Shown here: one piece after another, positions 16,940 through 19,227 of the stretch
Numbering within the stretch: the first letter of the stretch is position 1
Layout of the letters: each line of letters starts with the position of its first letter
Origin: a virus
Taxonomy: Duplodnaviria > Heunggongvirae > Uroviricota > Caudoviricetes
Virus record (IMG/VR): IMGVR_UViG_3300029740_000238
Direction: 5' to 3' (one strand)
DNA: 19,227 nt
The notes under the pieces: model-generated
Databases searched by the model: none
Told to the model about the DNA's origin: nothing
The model's input: the letters and a program-made list of their open reading frames with translations, nothing else
Position numbers and translations under genes: made by a program

Positions 16940-18199
16940 ATGTCTGAGAACCGCAGTTTGAACAGCTTGTTTGCTCGGCTGGATGAATCGAAAGCAAACC
17001 GCGCAAATGAAGCAAACCGTGAACATGAAAAAGCCGCAGAGGAAGCTGAAAAGGAACGCCAGAAAAAGAAGGTAGAGGAATCCGCTGTCGAGAAGTACCG
17101 CGTGTACGATGACGACTACGAGCCGGAGGTTATGATTCCGAAAGGAAACCCCGGCGCTGTGCAGCAGCCTGCCAAGCCGAAGAAGGAAAAGAAGGAAACT
17201 AAGGAACAGGAGATGGATGAAATTACGGACGGAAATCCGTTTATCAATACTTTGTTCCGCCGCAGCAATAAAACCCAGAGCCCGACAGCTGCCGCCAAGC
17301 CCTCTGCGCAACCTGCTGCACCTGCACAGCCTGCATCGGCACCGCAGCCTACGCCTGCCGACGTTCCTTCCCTGGACAATGAGCAGGAAGATGACACCCT
17401 CGTATTCCAGCACATTCTGGACGGTGCAAAGAGCCCTGACGCAAATGCCGCTCAGAGCGTTTCTCAGCCCGAAAACGATGGGATTGAAATTGACCTGAGC
17501 GATATCGAAAACGACGCTGCAGAGCCTGTCAAGGGGGATGATGAGCCGATTGAAACCTCTTTGAGCTTCTCTCAGAACGAGCCTGAAGCCCCTGCTGTTT
17601 CGGATTCTTTCTCTTCAGAGATTCCGAACGAACAGTTTGTTATGCCGGATACCATGTCGGATAATGACGGGGCGCAGGGAGAATTGGCTCAGGAAGATGA
17701 AGCAGCAGAATGGCCGAGCGGCATGAGCGCTCCTCATTTCATCGAGGAAGAAAGCTCTTCCAGCGATGTCAAGCCTGTGGGCGATGAGGAAGCCAATGCT
17801 TTCCTCTATGCACGGTTCGACAAGAACAATCAGTATGGTGCATTTGGTCTCTGCATTGATACCGGTAAGAATCTGATTCAGAGCTCTTATAGCGGCGATG
17901 CAGGCGATGAAGTGGAATATGCACTGCGCGGCGCTATCGAGATGTTCCGGATTCTGGAAGAGCATGATATCCATGCTGTGACCGTCTATACGGAGCCGGA
18001 ACTTTCCAAGGCGATGAAAGAGAACGCTCGCCGTCTTATTAACGGCAAGTCCGAGATTTGCCGCAAATACATCGAGATGTCCTGGAAGGCTATGACCAGT
18101 ATCGGCATTGAGTTTGATACAAACCGGGATATCCACAGCGAGTATGCACAGCTTGCACTTGCAACGGCTCGCTATCTGGCGTTCCGGGAAGATGTTTAA
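16940..18199 (+). CDS. Protein with N-terminal charged helix, long acidic/Pro-rich linker and C-terminal degenerate RNase H-like domain
   Basis: RBS AAGGAGGA. The C-terminal ~135 aa follow the RNase HI pattern (AFLYARF..YGAFGLCI..EYALRGAIE..VTVYTE..IEF..HSEYAQLALATAR). The CDS is secure; the fold call is by eye. Confidence 0.7.
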   Translation: MSENRSLNSLFARLDESKANRANEANREHEKAAEEAEKERQKKKVEESAVEKYRVYDDDYEPEVMIPKGNPGAVQQPAKPKKEKKETKEQEMDEITDGNPFINTLFRRSNKTQSPTAAAKPSAQPAAPAQPASAPQPTPADVPSLDNEQEDDTLVFQHILDGAKSPDANAAQSVSQPENDGIEIDLSDIENDAAEPVKGDDEPIETSLSFSQNEPEAPAVSDSFSSEIPNEQFVMPDTMSDNDGAQGELAQEDEAAEWPSGMSAPHFIEEESSSSDVKPVGDEEANAFLYARFDKNNQYGAFGLCIDTGKNLIQSSYSGDAGDEVEYALRGAIEMFRILEEHDIHAVTVYTEPELSKAMKENARRLINGKSEICRKYIEMSWKAMTSIGIEFDTNRDIHSEYAQLALATARYLAFREDV

Positions 18200-18211
18200 G
18201 GGGAGGATGAA

Positions 18212-19174
18212 TTGCTTATGAATCCGTTGGTCATTGCTGTTGATACCGGCAACAAGAACATCAAGACGCCGCATACTGAGCCTTTCAATTCAGGTCTTAT
18301 CTGCCATGGTGCAATTCCTCCGGCAGTAAAGTCCGATACGCTTCTCTTTGACGGCAACTATTATACCCTTACTCAGTCTCGTATCCCTTATATGTACAAT
18401 AAAACGACGGACTGGTCCTATTACGTTCTGACTCTCATTGCGATTGCCAAAGAGATGATGGCGATGGGGTATGTACGCCCTGGCCAGAAGCAGGTCAAGC
18501 AGGATGTGTGCCTTGCGATGGGCCTTCCTCCGACTCACATTCACGACCTTGCTTCGGAGTACGATAAATATTTTGGTCGTGATGGTCGCCGTGTGGTGTT
18601 TACCTACAACAATGTGGATTTTGAAATCCGCATCGTTCGTGTCATGGTCTTCCCGCAGGGCGTTGCCGCGATTGCACCTTACATGTCCAAAATCATGGCT
18701 CGCCCGGAAGCCTATACCTATATCATTGATATTGGCGGTTATACCACCGATGTTGTGAAGTTCAGTCGTGGTGGTCAGGTTGATATGGCTTTCTGTGAGA
18801 GCTTCAACAACGGCGTTATCAAGATGTACGATGAGGTTCAACGTGCGGTCCGTAATCGTTTTCAGCTGGATGTGGACGACTATACCATCGACAACATTCT
18901 GCGCTGCGGTTACAATCCCGGCAAAGAACTCAATGATGTGGTTCACACGACCGCTCAGAACTATGCCCGCACTCTGATTCGGTCTCTGAAAGAAAAAGGC
19001 GTTGACCTGACGCTGTCGTATCCCGTGTTCATTGGTGGCGGCTCTATCTTGATGCGTCCCGTTATCGAGAGCGAACTCGGTCGTGATGATTATCTGTTCA
19101 TCGATGACCCACGCGCCAATGCAGTTGGCTACAAAATGATGGCAGAAAGCAGGTTGGCTGCCGAAAGTCGTTGA
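18212..19174 (+). CDS. parM: ParM/StbA-family actin-like ATPase (type II plasmid segregation motor)
   Basis: Phosphate-1 VIAVDTGNKNIK, GLPP, PQG, phosphate-2 IIDIGGYTTD, adenosine motif FIGGGS, C-terminal ANAVGY. RBS GGAGG; the start may be ATG 18218. Confidence 0.9.
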   Translation: MLMNPLVIAVDTGNKNIKTPHTEPFNSGLICHGAIPPAVKSDTLLFDGNYYTLTQSRIPYMYNKTTDWSYYVLTLIAIAKEMMAMGYVRPGQKQVKQDVCLAMGLPPTHIHDLASEYDKYFGRDGRRVVFTYNNVDFEIRIVRVMVFPQGVAAIAPYMSKIMARPEAYTYIIDIGGYTTDVVKFSRGGQVDMAFCESFNNGVIKMYDEVQRAVRNRFQLDVDDYTIDNILRCGYNPGKELNDVVHTTAQNYARTLIRSLKEKGVDLTLSYPVFIGGGSILMRPVIESELGRDDYLFIDDPRANAVGYKMMAESRLAAESR

Positions 19175-19191
19175 TTGCGGGGTGATACACC

Positions 19192-19227
19192 TTGGCATCA
19201 TCGAAACAAGACAAGGGTAATCGAGTG
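19192..19227 (+). CDS. 5' end of the next gene (MASSKQDKGNRV...), truncated by the window edge; ParR-like adaptor by position only
   Basis: RBS GGGGTGA at 19179-19185, then TTG at 19192 and an open frame to the end of the window. Confidence 0.5.
   Translation, partial: MASSKQDKGNRV

Overview
This window looks like part of a large Firmicutes (Clostridia-like, inferred from RBS and gene content) mobile replicon: a megaplasmid, ICE or phage-plasmid. From left to right it holds: (1) three small acidic hypothetical genes; (2) a non-autonomous IS200/IS605-superfamily IscB element with an apparently complete omegaRNA and both end hairpins, whose iscB is frameshifted by a 5-bp tandem duplication; (3) an AT-rich minus-strand orphan gene; (4) a ~2970-aa secreted mosaic adhesin-like protein (Ig-like, Gly-rich, YDG/MBG repeats); (5) a candidate ~155-nt structured ncRNA on the minus strand with its own promoter and terminator; (6) two lipoproteins; (7) an operon of a Dam-like methyltransferase with a degenerate catalytic motif, a GNAT protein, an HTH/Cys-rich protein, a protein with a degenerate RNase H-like domain, a ParM/StbA actin-like ATPase and the start of a further gene. 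Four transcription units share a promoter architecture with a TGCGA box starting 11 nt upstream of the -10 hexamer, suggesting an element-specific regulon. All family assignments come from motif recognition by eye; no searches were run.
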